From contig NZ_OZ253579.1 of NCBI RefSeq assembly GCF_965263005.1, positions 1,219,668 to 1,283,667 on the forward strand: a stretch of 64,000 nucleotides of DNA, given 5' to 3'. Source of the stretch: Candidatus Rariloculus sp. GTDB taxonomy: Bacteria; Pseudomonadota; Gammaproteobacteria; Steroidobacterales; Rariloculaceae. This document shows positions 20,947 through 34,033 of this stretch, one piece after another; position 1 is the first letter of the stretch; every line of letters starts with the position of its first letter. A model generated the notes under the pieces. It was not told where the DNA came from and searched no databases. It worked only from the letters and a program-made list of their open reading frames with translations. A program made the position numbers and the translations under genes.

Positions 20947-21578
20947 TGTCGAGGAACCTGTCGCAGCTATTGGATTTCGCGGCTCCGGGCGCCGTCATCG
21001 CCGGCGTCGACGAGGCCGGACGCGGGCCGTTGGCGGGTCCTGTCGTCGCTGCCGCCGTCATTCTCGATGCCGGCAAGCCGGTCGCAGGACTGCGCGACTC
21101 CAAGGCGCTTAGCGAGTGCCGGCGCACGCGCCTCGCACGCGAGATACGCCGCAACGCCGTCGCGTTCTCGCTCGGGATCTCAGGACCCGGTGAAGTCGAC
21201 GAGCTCAACATCCTGCAGGCATCCCTGCTCGCGATGGAGCGGGCCGTGCTCGGCCTGACAGTGCATCCCGATGTCGTGCGCGTGGACGGGAACCAAATCC
21301 CGGCGTTCAAGGACCATCCCGGCCGCTACCTGACCGAAGCCGTCGTCCGTGGGGATCAGAGCGTGCCTTGCATCAGCGCGGCGTCGATCTTGGCCAAGGT
21401 CTGCCGAGACCGGCTGATGCGGCGGTGGCACCGGAGGTTTCCGGGCTACGGCTTCGATCGCCACAAGGGCTATCCGACGCGCGCCCACATTGAGGCGTTG
21501 CACAAGCTCGGGCCGTGCGCGATCCACCGGACGAGCTTCGCGCCGCTGCGCCGAGAAAGTGTCGTGCCCGCGACATGA
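20946..21578 (+). CDS. rnhB: Ribonuclease HII
   Basis: GVDEAGRGPLAGPVV and DSKALSE motifs. Overlapping junctions with lpxB and dnaE. Confidence 0.95.
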   Translation: MSRNLSQLLDFAAPGAVIAGVDEAGRGPLAGPVVAAAVILDAGKPVAGLRDSKALSECRRTRLAREIRRNAVAFSLGISGPGEVDELNILQASLLAMERAVLGLTVHPDVVRVDGNQIPAFKDHPGRYLTEAVVRGDQSVPCISAASILAKVCRDRLMRRWHRRFPGYGFDRHKGYPTRAHIEALHKLGPCAIHRTSFAPLRRESVVPAT

Positions 21579-24500
21579 GCGGCTACGTTCACCTTCGCGT
21601 CCACACCGAATATTCGCTTGTCGACGGCATCGTTCGAGTCGAGTCGTTGGCCGATACGGCCGCCGCGCTCGGGTTACCGGCCGTCGCGATGACCGATCAG
21701 TCGAACGTATCCGGGATCGTCAAGTTCTGCCGCGCAACCATGAAGCGCGGCATCAAACCCGTCATAGGCGCGGACATCCGGATCGCGGCGTCGCATAACG
21801 ACCGTGAGCCGACGCCGTTGACGCTGCTGTGCGCGAACACGGCAGGTTACGGTCAACTGAGCCGTCTGTTGAGCCACGGCCATGAACTCGGGCCATGCCA
21901 CGGGCGCACGGTCGTCCTCAGGGAGTGGCTCTCGCGCGAAGCGCTCGACGGTCTGATCGCGCTGTCGGGCGCCCAATTCGGCGAATTCGGCAGAGCGATC
22001 TCCGGCAGACGGCCCGAGCGTGCGGCTGAGGTGCTCGACGAGTGGTGCGGGCTTATGCCCGGACGGTTCTACGTGGAGCTGCAGCGCCTGGGCAGAACCG
22101 GAGAGACGGCCTACATTCGACGCGCGGTCGCACTCGCGGCGGCCAAACGCGTGCCTTTGCTCGCGACGAACGAGGTGTGCTTCCTCAAGCCCGAAGACTT
22201 CGACGCGCACGAAACGCGCGTCTCGATCGGTCAAGGTCGTACGCTCGAGGATCCGGACAGGCCGAGGGACTTCAGCAGGGAACAGTACTTCAAGTCGCCG
22301 GACGAAATGGAGGCGCTGTTTGCCGATCTGCCCGAGGCGCTGGTCAATACGCTCGAGGTGGCTAAACGGTGCAGCTTCGAGCTCGATCTCGATCAGGTAT
22401 ACATGCCGCAGTTCGAGCTTCGCGGCACGGGCACGGCGGATTCCAGGCTCCGCGAACAAGCGCAGTCGGGACTGGCCGAACGCTTGCGGAGTTCGGGCGT
22501 CGAGTCCAGCCTGCACGACGCGTATCGAGACCGGCTCGCAAGCGAGCTCGACGTCATCTGCAAGATGGGCTTCGAGGGTTATTTTCTCATCGTAGCCGAC
22601 TTTATCGCCTGGGCGCGCGAGCAGAGGATCCCGGTCGGTCCGGGCCGCGGGTCCGGCGCGGGATCTCTCGTCGCCTATGCGCTCGGAATCACGGACCTCG
22701 ACCCGATCGTCCACGATCTGCTGTTCGAGCGCTTCCTGAACCCGGACCGCGTTTCGCTGCCCGATTTCGATATCGATTTCTGCATAGAAGGGAGGGATCG
22801 GGTCATCGACTACGTTGCGAGCCGCTACGGCCGCGATCATGTTTCGCAAATCGTGACGTTCGGGACGATGGCGGCGCGCGCCGTCGTCCGTGACGTGGGC
22901 CGCACGCTCGGTTTGCCTTACGGCTACGTCGACAAAATCGCCAGGCTGATCCCTTTCAAGCTCGGCATCAAGCTCGACGAGGCCCTGGACGACGAAGAAG
23001 ATCTGCGGGAGATCTACTCGTCCGAGCCCGAAGTGCGCTCGCTCATCGACCTTGCCCGCCGGCTCGAAGGATTGCCCCGAAATGTAGGCACACATGCCGG
23101 CGGCGTCGTCATCGCGCCCGCACCGCTGACGGAGTTCATGCCGCTTTACCGGGACGCCGACGGCGAGTCCCTGACGCAGCTCGACAAGGACGATCTCGAA
23201 GCGATCGGCCTCGTAAAATTTGATTTTCTCGGTCTCAAGACGCTGACGATCATCGACAAGACGATCGAGTCCATCAATCGGCAGCGCGCCGAGTGTGGTG
23301 CGGAGCCGATAGACATAAGCGCGATCGGTGTCGATGATCGGAAAACCTACGAGTCGCTCAACACGCTTCAGACGAGGGCTGTGTTTCAGCTCGAGTCGCG
23401 CGGGATGCGAGACCTGATCAGGCGTATTGGTCCGGACCGTTTTGGCGATCTTGTCGCGATCGTCGCGTTGTTCAGGCCGGGTCCGATGCACATGGCCGAC
23501 GACTTCATCAGTCGCAAGCAGGGCCAGGAAACTATCGACTACCTTCACCCCGACCTCGAGCCCGTGCTGCGCTCGACCTACGGGGTGATCCTCTATCAGG
23601 AACAGGTCATGCAGATCGCGCGAGTCTTGGCAGGCTATTCGCTCAGCGGCGCTGATCTGCTGCGCCGCGCGATGGGCAAGAAGGATGCCGAGGAAATGGC
23701 CAGGCAGCGCGCCGTGTTTCTCGCCGGCGCCGCAAAGCGCGATGTCGACCCAGGGCGGGCGGAGCATATCTTCAATCTCATGGAGAAATTCGCAGGCTAC
23801 GGATTCAACAAGTCGCATTCGGCGGCCTACGCCCTCATCGCCTATCAGACGGCGTGGCTCAAGGCGCACTATCCTGTTGCATTCATGGCCGCCGTGATGA
23901 CGGCGGACATGGACGATACGGACAAGCTCGTCCTTCTCAAGAAGGATTGTGATCGGCTGGGTATCGGCATCGAACCTCCCAATGTGAACCGCTCGGAGTT
24001 CGGCTTCACCGTGGTCGGCGAGAACAGCATCAGCTACGGCCTCGGTGCGATCAAGGGTGTCGGGCAGGGCCTCGTCGAAGCGGTAGTTGCGGGCCGGGAG
24101 CACCGTCCGTTCGAAAACCTGCTCGATCTGTGTCGGCGAGTCGACCTCAACAAGCTCAACCGGCGCGCTCTGGAGGCATTGGTATGCGCAGGCGCACTCG
24201 ACGAGTTGGGAGTGAACCGGCCTACCTTGCTGGCCGCGGTCGGCGACACGCTGCAGCTTGCCGAACGGTCCGCGGTGGATGACACCGCCGGCCAGTGTGC
24301 GCTATTCGGCACGGAGGACGCGGGCGCCGCGCTTGCTCAGGTATTCGCCGACGTCAGCGACTGGACCAGGCGTGAACGGCTCGCTGCCGAGCGCGAAAAT
24401 CTCGGTCTGTTCCTGACGGGTCATCCCTTCGATGAATACGCGGAGCACTGCCGCCACTTCAGTGATGGCCCGATCGCAAACGTCATCGGCGATCTGCCTC

Positions 24501-25033
24501 CGGACGGGCAGCACTACCCGACGCGCCAGACGGCGACACTGGCCGGCGTGGTCATGGACCTGAGGCGGCGAGGCAACGGGATCACGATGGTAGTCGACGA
24601 CAATACCGGCAGCGTCGAAGTCACATTGTTCGACGAGGTTCGCGCCCGATACCAGCACATGATCAGCAGGGACGCCATACTCATCGTCGAGGGCCAGCTC
24701 AGATACGACAAGTTTCTCAATGCCTGGAGCGTGACGGCGCGAAGCGTACGCGCGGTCGATGAGGTGATCGAGGAGCGTGCCAGACGGCTCACGATTCTCC
24801 TGAACAGCGGGAACGGCAGCGAAGAGATACTCGAGAGTCTCAAACACGTCATCGAGAGCTTCAGACCCGGGAGATGCGAGGTATGCGTCAAGTATCGCGG
24901 TCCGTCGGCCGCGGTGACGCTGACCCTGGGTCAGGATTGGACGATTCGGCCCGCTCGAGAGCTTCGCGAGCGTCTCAGCCAGATGCTCGGTGACAACCAG
25001 GTGTCGATCCACTACCCGAAGCACTCTGTCTAG
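21575..25033 (+). CDS. dnaE: DNA polymerase III alpha subunit
   Basis: MSGYVHLRVHTEYSLVDG (PHP domain), the catalytic region GSGAGSLVAYALGITDLDP, and an OB-fold tail. ATGA overlap with rnhB. Confidence 0.95.
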   Translation: MSGYVHLRVHTEYSLVDGIVRVESLADTAAALGLPAVAMTDQSNVSGIVKFCRATMKRGIKPVIGADIRIAASHNDREPTPLTLLCANTAGYGQLSRLLSHGHELGPCHGRTVVLREWLSREALDGLIALSGAQFGEFGRAISGRRPERAAEVLDEWCGLMPGRFYVELQRLGRTGETAYIRRAVALAAAKRVPLLATNEVCFLKPEDFDAHETRVSIGQGRTLEDPDRPRDFSREQYFKSPDEMEALFADLPEALVNTLEVAKRCSFELDLDQVYMPQFELRGTGTADSRLREQAQSGLAERLRSSGVESSLHDAYRDRLASELDVICKMGFEGYFLIVADFIAWAREQRIPVGPGRGSGAGSLVAYALGITDLDPIVHDLLFERFLNPDRVSLPDFDIDFCIEGRDRVIDYVASRYGRDHVSQIVTFGTMAARAVVRDVGRTLGLPYGYVDKIARLIPFKLGIKLDEALDDEEDLREIYSSEPEVRSLIDLARRLEGLPRNVGTHAGGVVIAPAPLTEFMPLYRDADGESLTQLDKDDLEAIGLVKFDFLGLKTLTIIDKTIESINRQRAECGAEPIDISAIGVDDRKTYESLNTLQTRAVFQLESRGMRDLIRRIGPDRFGDLVAIVALFRPGPMHMADDFISRKQGQETIDYLHPDLEPVLRSTYGVILYQEQVMQIARVLAGYSLSGADLLRRAMGKKDAEEMARQRAVFLAGAAKRDVDPGRAEHIFNLMEKFAGYGFNKSHSAAYALIAYQTAWLKAHYPVAFMAAVMTADMDDTDKLVLLKKDCDRLGIGIEPPNVNRSEFGFTVVGENSISYGLGAIKGVGQGLVEAVVAGREHRPFENLLDLCRRVDLNKLNRRALEALVCAGALDELGVNRPTLLAAVGDTLQLAERSAVDDTAGQCALFGTEDAGAALAQVFADVSDWTRRERLAAERENLGLFLTGHPFDEYAEHCRHFSDGPIANVIGDLPPDGQHYPTRQTATLAGVVMDLRRRGNGITMVVDDNTGSVEVTLFDEVRARYQHMISRDAILIVEGQLRYDKFLNAWSVTARSVRAVDEVIEERARRLTILLNSGNGSEEILESLKHVIESFRPGRCEVCVKYRGPSAAVTLTLGQDWTIRPARELRERLSQMLGDNQVSIHYPKHSV

Positions 25034-25161
25034 CAGCAGCGCGGCGATGTCCGGTTGCGCGCGACGCGGCCCCATCGCGCCTGTTTCACTTAAGAAGCGA
25101 ATACTTGCCAATCTCAGAGAATTGAAGGTATCGTGTTGAAAAACCGTGAAATTGTGCCGAT

Positions 25162-26121
25162 ATGGACCTGAAATTCCTCGGATTTGAGCAACCGATCGCC
25201 GAGCTTGAAGCCAAGATCGACGAGCTGAAGTTCGTCGGCGACGACTCCGAGCTTAATATCAGCGAGGAGATTGAGCGGCTCAGGAAGAGGAGCGAGTCGC
25301 TGACCAAGAACATATTCTCGAGCCTGAGCGCCTGGCAGATCGCGCAGCTCGCACGCCATCCGCAACGGCCGTACACGCTCGATTACATCGCCCGGTGTTT
25401 CACGGATTTCCAGGAACTGCACGGCGACCGGATGTACGCGGACGATCCCTCGATCGTTACGGGGCTCGCGCGGTTGCAGGGCCACCCTGTTGTCGTGATC
25501 GGTCATCAGAAAGGCCGCAACACCAAGGAAAGAGTCAGGCGCAATTACGGCATGGCGCGGCCGGAAGGTTACCGCAAGGCGCTGCGCCTGATGCGTCTGG
25601 CCGAGAGATTCAAGCTTCCCGTGATCACGTTGATAGACACTGCCGGAGCTTATCCCGGCGTGGGCGCCGAAGAGCGCGGCCAGAGCGAGGCGATCGCGCG
25701 TAACCTGTTTGAAATGTCCGGGCTCAAGACGCCGATCATCAGTCTCGTGACCGGCGAAGGGGGTTCGGGCGGTGCGCTTGCGATCGGCGTTGCCGATCGC
25801 GTATTCATGCTGCAGTACAGTATCTATTCGGTGATATCTCCGGAAGGCTGCGCGTCGATTCTCTGGCGAAGCGCCGACAAGGCGGAAGCTGCAGCCGAGG
25901 CCATGGGTATCACGGCAGAGAGACTGCTCAAGCTCGGCCTCGTCGACGAAGTCATCGCGGAGCCTCTGGGCGGCGCTCACCGGGACCCTCAGGCGATGGG
26001 CGAAGCCGTGAAGAACGCGCTGTTGCAGGCGCTCTCCGAGTTGCAGCCCCTGTCGGGAGACGAGTTGATCGCGGCGCGGCGAAAGAAGCTTTTCGGATTC
26101 GGTATCTACAAGGAAGGCTGA
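25162..26121 (+). CDS. accA: Acetyl-CoA carboxylase carboxyltransferase alpha subunit
   Basis: 319 aa. [22 protein letters not shown] and [12 protein letters not shown] are canonical AccA sequences. Confidence 0.95.
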   Translation: MDLKFLGFEQPIAELEAKIDELKFVGDDSELNISEEIERLRKRSESLTKNIFSSLSAWQIAQLARHPQRPYTLDYIARCFTDFQELHGDRMYADDPSIVTGLARLQGHPVVVIGHQKGRNTKERVRRNYGMARPEGYRKALRLMRLAERFKLPVITLIDTAGAYPGVGAEERGQSEAIARNLFEMSGLKTPIISLVTGEGGSGGALAIGVADRVFMLQYSIYSVISPEGCASILWRSADKAEAAAEAMGITAERLLKLGLVDEVIAEPLGGAHRDPQAMGEAVKNALLQALSELQPLSGDELIAARRKKLFGFGIYKEG

Positions 26122-26152
26122 CCGCGGACGGCTCACCGGCCGCACGGGAATC

Positions 26153-27511
26153 GTGTCTAACGAACCACACTCCCCAGACCCGTTTCTCGACAAGCTCCGC
26201 GCTGCGCTGGCGGGTCTGGCGCCGGTCGCGGACGCCGCGCCGCGCTGGGCGGTGGCATTCAGCGGCGGCGTGGATTCGACGGTCCTGTTGACGGCGTTGT
26301 GTCGCCTCGGCACGCAGTCGCGACTCGCCGCCCTGCACGTCGACCACGGTACGCAGGCCGATTCGCGGGCCTGGGCCGACCACTGTCGAAGTGTCGCGGC
26401 CGCGCTTGGCATCGACTACCGAACCAGGCGCGTCAGCATCGACGAGCGTCTCGGGCTCGGCTATGAAGCCGCGGCCCGGCAGGCCCGGTATGCCGCGCTG
26501 AGCGAGCTTCTCGCGCCGGGCGAAGTTCTGCTGACCGCGCATCATGCCGACGATCAGCTCGAGACGCTGCTATTGCGGTTGCTGCGTGGTGCCGGTGTCA
26601 CGGGATTGACTGCGATAGCGGCGTTGCGCTTCATGAATGGAGTCAGGCTCGGGCGGCCCTTGCTCGGTTTCTCACGTGCGCAAATCCTCGCGCAAGCCGA
26701 ACACTGGGGGCTCGACTGGCTCGAGGATCCCGGCAACGCGGACCTGAGCCACGACCGCAACTTCCTGCGAGCCGAGGTCGTGCCCAGGTTGACGGGCCGT
26801 TGGCCTGCCGCGCGGCGCACGACCGGGCGGTTTGCGCGGCACATGCGCGAGGCCGACCGCTTGCTTGCGGTGCTCGCCGCGCTCGATCTCGGGCATGAGG
26901 CTCATGCGGCCAGCATCGACCGTGGCCCGTTGCGCGTGCTCGACGCCGACCGGCAGCGAAACGCGCTTCGCTTCGCGATCCGCGAGCGCGGGCTGCCCGT
27001 CCCAAGCGCGAACCAGCTCGAGGAGCTCAGGCGGAGCCTGTCGGTCACGCGGCCCGATGCCCGCACGGTTGTGACGTGGCCGGGCGCCGAAGCGCGCGTG
27101 TATCGGGATCGTCTGTACCTGCTTACGCCGCTCGAGCCGATCCGACCGACCCATGCGAATGCGAGGCTCGCGCCCGGCGAGCCGTGGACGGGCGCGCAGG
27201 GCCGTTTGGTTCTTGCACCCGGCGCCGGCCAGGGCCTGCCCGATACCTGGGTCCGGGCCGGGCTGGAGGTACGCTTTCGGCGCGGCGGCGAGCGCTTCAA
27301 GCCGTTGCACCGCGGCCACAGCCGGCCGCTCAAGCAGTTGTTCCAGGAAGCCGGCATCGTGCCCTGGATGCGCAGCAGGATTCCGCTCATTTACCGCGAC
27401 GACATGATTGCTGCTGTCGGCGACCTGTGGGTCAATGACGCGGCCCGCAGCGGATCGGCTCGTGGCGAATACTGGCAAGTTAGCTGGACGGACCATCCAC
27501 CGATCCATTGA
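26153..27511 (+). CDS. tilS: tRNA(Ile)-lysidine synthetase
   Basis: PP-loop FSGGVDSTVLL and HHADDQLET. Conserved position after accA. Confidence 0.9.
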   Translation: MSNEPHSPDPFLDKLRAALAGLAPVADAAPRWAVAFSGGVDSTVLLTALCRLGTQSRLAALHVDHGTQADSRAWADHCRSVAAALGIDYRTRRVSIDERLGLGYEAAARQARYAALSELLAPGEVLLTAHHADDQLETLLLRLLRGAGVTGLTAIAALRFMNGVRLGRPLLGFSRAQILAQAEHWGLDWLEDPGNADLSHDRNFLRAEVVPRLTGRWPAARRTTGRFARHMREADRLLAVLAALDLGHEAHAASIDRGPLRVLDADRQRNALRFAIRERGLPVPSANQLEELRRSLSVTRPDARTVVTWPGAEARVYRDRLYLLTPLEPIRPTHANARLAPGEPWTGAQGRLVLAPGAGQGLPDTWVRAGLEVRFRRGGERFKPLHRGHSRPLKQLFQEAGIVPWMRSRIPLIYRDDMIAAVGDLWVNDAARSGSARGEYWQVSWTDHPPIH

Positions 27512-27958
27512 CCGGAGCTTCGCGACAGCCGGGTCATCGCGATTGAACATCTGCGCCGTCCAGCGTGAACGTAGCCCCAACGTTGCGCCAGGCGGCGCTG
27601 CGCCGCGCGGAACTTTCCGCTCCGGGTCGGCGCCCGGACGACCCTGGCCGGCGCCATCAGCCGAATCTGGTGCAACCCTGGGCTTGGCCGAAATGACGTT
27701 CCGGTCGCTCCAAAATGGCAAGTGCCAATGCCAGGTTCAACGTTAAATACAATAAGAACAATTGCTTACCAAAACTGACCGGCGAAGTCGGCAGGCATTT
27801 TCATCTCGGAGCGTTTCAGGCAAGGATTCGGGCGTAAACGCCGAGTACAAATTCAAGCTGGCCGCCGTCAGCTTCTTTTGGTAAGTTGCAATACCGTCTA
27901 AAACGTAACCACTCCGCTCTCGGAGGCCCCGGGCAGCCCTTCCGCGCCGGGACTGTGA

Positions 27959-29641
<1,683 letters not shown>

Positions 29642-29649
29642 CGGCATAG

Positions 29650-30936
<1,287 letters not shown>

Positions 30937-30990
30937 GAGGATTGTCCATCGAACAGGTGACACCGAGATAAACCGGAGCCCGCGAGTCCG

Positions 30991-31260
30991 ATGCGCTTGT
31001 TTATCGTCACGTTTGCCGCAGCGCTTGTGCTGCTGCAGTTCAAGCTCTGGCTATCCGATGCCGGATTGCGGGAGGTTTGGCGGCTTGAGGCCGCAGTCAG
31101 CGAGCAGACCGCGGTCAACAGATCGCTCGCAAGCCGCAACTCGGCGCTTGAGGCTGAGGTTGTCGACTTGAAGCAGGGGCTCGACGCCGCCGAGGAACGG
31201 GCGCGCGCGGAGCTCGGAATGGTCCGCCGCGACGAAACTTTCTTCCAGATTACTCCGTAG
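30991..31260 (+). CDS. ftsB: Cell division protein FtsB
   Basis: 89 aa with an N-terminal TM helix and a coiled coil, ending ...ARAELGMVRRDETFFQI. Conserved position after eno. Confidence 0.85.
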   Translation: MRLFIVTFAAALVLLQFKLWLSDAGLREVWRLEAAVSEQTAVNRSLASRNSALEAEVVDLKQGLDAAEERARAELGMVRRDETFFQITP

Positions 31261-31278
31261 CGCAGCGACGCCAGCTTG

Positions 31279-31436
31279 CAGCCCGTGGCGAAAGCCCCGC
31301 TGCATTTGACCGGCGATGCATCCCGGCTGACTGCGTTGCTCGTCGGTCGAATATGCCCGATATTCTCCCTCCTCGCGCCTTGCCGGCCGGGCGCCTCGCC
31401 GCTCTCGGTGCGACGCTGGGCTTTTGCCACGGGCTG
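31279..31436. repeat. 158 bp palindromic MITE-like element, copy B (inverted relative to copy A)
   Basis: Terminal repeats CAGCCCGTGGCGAAAGCCCCGC ... GCTGGGCTTTTGCCACGGGCTG. The interior matches the reverse complement of 19629-19786. Fills the gap between the convergent ftsB and Smr genes. Confidence 0.75.
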
Positions 31437-31441
31437 CTGGG

Positions 31442-31963
31442 CTAACGCCGCCTGAGCAGCACGTAGACCGCGCCGCTGCCCCCGTGCCTGGGCACCGCGG
31501 ATGTGAAAGCGAGCACCAGGTCCCACCGGGCGAGCCAGTGGTGGACGAGGTACTTCAGCACGGGACCGCCCGGCCCCGAGCGGGTGCCTTTGCCGTGCAC
31601 GATCCGCACGCAGCCGAGACCGCGTTCGGCGCATTCAACGACGAAGTCCTTCAGTGCCGCTTTCGCTTCCGGTCTCGTCAAACCGTGCAGATCGAGTTCG
31701 CCCTCGATACTGAATCTGCCTCGGCTGAGTCTGCGAAACGCGGTTTCAGAGATGGGGGGGCGGCGAAACGCGATATCTGCTGCCGAGAAATCGGACCATG
31801 ATCCGTCAAGACTCTCGCGCAGCGTTTCCAACACGGCGGCCCGGCTGTGGATGGCCCGGGCGGCTCGGCGCGGAGACTGAACGGGGACGCGGTCGCTGCG
31901 CTTCGCTGGCCTTACATCGCGCGTCGCATCGGCGAACGCCCGACGATCGTCCTCGTCGATCAC
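31442..31963 (-). CDS. Smr-domain protein (SmrA-like endonuclease family)
   Basis: 173 aa. The C-terminal part ELDLHGLTRPEAKAALKDFV...VRIVHGKGTRS matches the Smr/MutS2 C-terminal domain pattern. Confidence 0.8.
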   Translation of the reverse strand: MIDEDDRRAFADATRDVRPAKRSDRVPVQSPRRAARAIHSRAAVLETLRESLDGSWSDFSAADIAFRRPPISETAFRRLSRGRFSIEGELDLHGLTRPEAKAALKDFVVECAERGLGCVRIVHGKGTRSGPGGPVLKYLVHHWLARWDLVLAFTSAVPRHGGSGAVYVLLRRR

Positions 31964-32031
31964 GGCTGTATTCCTTCCGACCGGGCTTCCAGTATAGTTA
32001 AAACTCTTGTGGCCATTCCAGGGATTGGTGC

Positions 32032-32781
32032 GTGCGGATACTGGTGTCCAACGATGATGGCTATCAGGCCCGAGGCCTGCGCATCCTCGCAGAGAATCTC
32101 GCCGACATTGCGACGGTTACGGTCGTCGCACCGGACCGCAATCAGAGTGGCGTGAGCAATTCGCTGACCCTGGACTCTCCGCTGCGGGTCGAACGGATCG
32201 GCCCCAACGTCTACTGCGTGAACGGAACGCCGACCGACAGCGTGCACGTCGCGATCACGGGCCTGCTCGATGTCGAGCCGGACATGGTCGTGTCGGGCAT
32301 CAATCACGGTGCGAATCTCGGCGATGATGTGCTGTATTCGGGCACCGTCGCGGCCGCCATGGAAGGCCGGTTCCTCGGGCTTCCCGCGATCGCAGTATCG
32401 CTGGTGCTTGACGGGTCCGAGCACTTCGATACGGCCGTCGGCGTGACGCGCAAGCTCATTCGGCAGATGATGGACAACCCGCTGCCGCGCGACACGATTC
32501 TCAACGTCAACGTGCCGGATATCCCGTACGACGGGCTCAACGGCATCGAGATAACACGGCTCGGCTTCAGGCACAAGTCCGAGCGCGTGATCGAGGCATT
32601 GGACCCGAAGAACAAACCCATCTATTGGATCGGTCCCGTGGGCGCCGGCCAGGACGCCGGTCCTGGAACGGATTTTCACGCGATCGCCGGCGGTTCGGTG
32701 TCGGTTACGCCGATCAAGACGGACCTGACCGACCACGCAAGCCTTGGCTCATTGAGCGACTGGTTGCGTGGCATGCGATGA
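32032..32781 (+). CDS. surE: 5'/3'-nucleotidase SurE
   Basis: [15 protein letters not shown] and [25 protein letters not shown]. Confidence 0.95.
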   Translation: MRILVSNDDGYQARGLRILAENLADIATVTVVAPDRNQSGVSNSLTLDSPLRVERIGPNVYCVNGTPTDSVHVAITGLLDVEPDMVVSGINHGANLGDDVLYSGTVAAAMEGRFLGLPAIAVSLVLDGSEHFDTAVGVTRKLIRQMMDNPLPRDTILNVNVPDIPYDGLNGIEITRLGFRHKSERVIEALDPKNKPIYWIGPVGAGQDAGPGTDFHAIAGGSVSVTPIKTDLTDHASLGSLSDWLRGMR

Positions 32782-33455
32782 ATCGGCGCGAGCGGGCCGG
32801 GATAGGTATGACGTCCGCGCGAACGCGCGACCGCCTTGTCGAACGTCTTCGCCAAAACGGGATAGCTAACGAGGATGTGCTCTCGCGGATACGCGACGTA
32901 CCGAGACATCTGTTCGTCGACGAGGCGCTGGCAAGCCGCGCCTACGAGGATTCAGCCTTGCCGTTGGGCCGCGGGCAGACGATATCCCAGCCCTACGTCG
33001 TCGCCGCGATGACGGAGGAACTCCTTCGGGACCCGCTCGATGGACGCACGCTCGGCAAGACGCTTGAGATCGGCACGGGATGCGGATATCAGACGGCCGT
33101 CCTTGCAAGGTTCGCACGGCACGTATTCAGCATCGAGCGGATTCAATCCCTGCTCAAGCGCGCCCAGCAGAACTTGCGGACACTTGAGATCAAAAACGTC
33201 AGCCTGCGGCACGCCGATGGCTGGCGCGGCTGGCGCAGCCAGGCGCCATTCCACGGCATCCTGGTCACAGCGGCGCCGGAGATCGTGCCGGACGAGTTGC
33301 TGGAGCAACTGGAAGACGGCGGGCGGCTCGTGATTCCGGTCGGCCCCCCGGGCAGGCAGTCGCTCGTCAGCATGACGCGCCGCGGCTCGGACTTCGAGCG
33401 CAGGGACCTGTTGCCCGTGAGCTTCGTGCCGCTCGTAGAGGGAACTGAGACATGA
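32778..33455 (+). CDS. pcm: Protein-L-isoaspartate O-methyltransferase
   Basis: [10 protein letters not shown] and the SAM motif [16 protein letters not shown] overlap with surE. The track start at 32625 lies inside surE. Confidence 0.9.
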   Translation: MNRRERAGIGMTSARTRDRLVERLRQNGIANEDVLSRIRDVPRHLFVDEALASRAYEDSALPLGRGQTISQPYVVAAMTEELLRDPLDGRTLGKTLEIGTGCGYQTAVLARFARHVFSIERIQSLLKRAQQNLRTLEIKNVSLRHADGWRGWRSQAPFHGILVTAAPEIVPDELLEQLEDGGRLVIPVGPPGRQSLVSMTRRGSDFERRDLLPVSFVPLVEGTET

Positions 33456-34033
33456 GGCTGTTTTCGCCGCTATACGCCAGAGTCATGAACTGGTCCCGGC
33501 ACCGCCACGCGCACCGCTATCTGGCCGCGTTGAGCTTCGCTGAATCCTCGTTCTTTCCGGTTCCGCCCGACGTGCTGTTGGCGCCGATGACGCTGGCGCG
33601 TCCTGAGCAGGGCTGGCGGCTCGCGTTCTTTACCACGCTTGCCTCGGTCGCCGGCGGCATCCTCGGATATACCATCGGTTGGTTCGCGCTCGACGCCGTC
33701 GAGCCGTTGCTGCGCTCCGCCGGGTATTGGGAGGATTACGAGCGGGCGAGCGCGTGGTTCGAGCGATGGGGCTTCTGGGCCGTACTCGTCGCAGGCTTCT
33801 CGCCGATTCCCTATAAAATCTTCACGATCGCGGCCGGCGCATTGCGCACATGGCTCCCGGTGTTTATCGTTGCATCGTTTCTCGGCCGCGGCGCGCGGTT
33901 CTTCCTCGTTGCGGGATTGCTGATCTGGGGGGGCGAACGCATGGAGCGGCAGCTCAAACGGCACGTCGATACGATCGGCTGGCTGACAGTTGCGGCGATT
34001 GCGATAGCGTATCTCGTTATACAGTTCCGATGA
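33452..34033 (+). CDS. yqaA: YqaA-family (DedA-superfamily) inner membrane protein
   Basis: 193 aa membrane protein. SFAESSFFPVPPDVLL is the YqaA/DedA signature. Confidence 0.75.
   Translation: MRLFSPLYARVMNWSRHRHAHRYLAALSFAESSFFPVPPDVLLAPMTLARPEQGWRLAFFTTLASVAGGILGYTIGWFALDAVEPLLRSAGYWEDYERASAWFERWGFWAVLVAGFSPIPYKIFTIAAGALRTWLPVFIVASFLGRGARFFLVAGLLIWGGERMERQLKRHVDTIGWLTVAAIAIAYLVIQFR

Noticed and set aside
21674-24103. 809 aa ORF antisense to dnaE. Similar long shadow ORFs occur at 25114-26412 antisense to accA, 14337-16142 off-frame in bamA, 13391-14527 antisense to rseP, 26672-27721 antisense to tilS, 28031-29647 antisense to pyrG, and 58051-59313.
   Set aside because: Their compositions are rich in Arg, Ala, Pro and Gly, with no recognisable motifs. 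Each fully overlaps a strongly supported gene on the other strand or frame. Stop-codon-poor shadow frames are expected in high-GC DNA.
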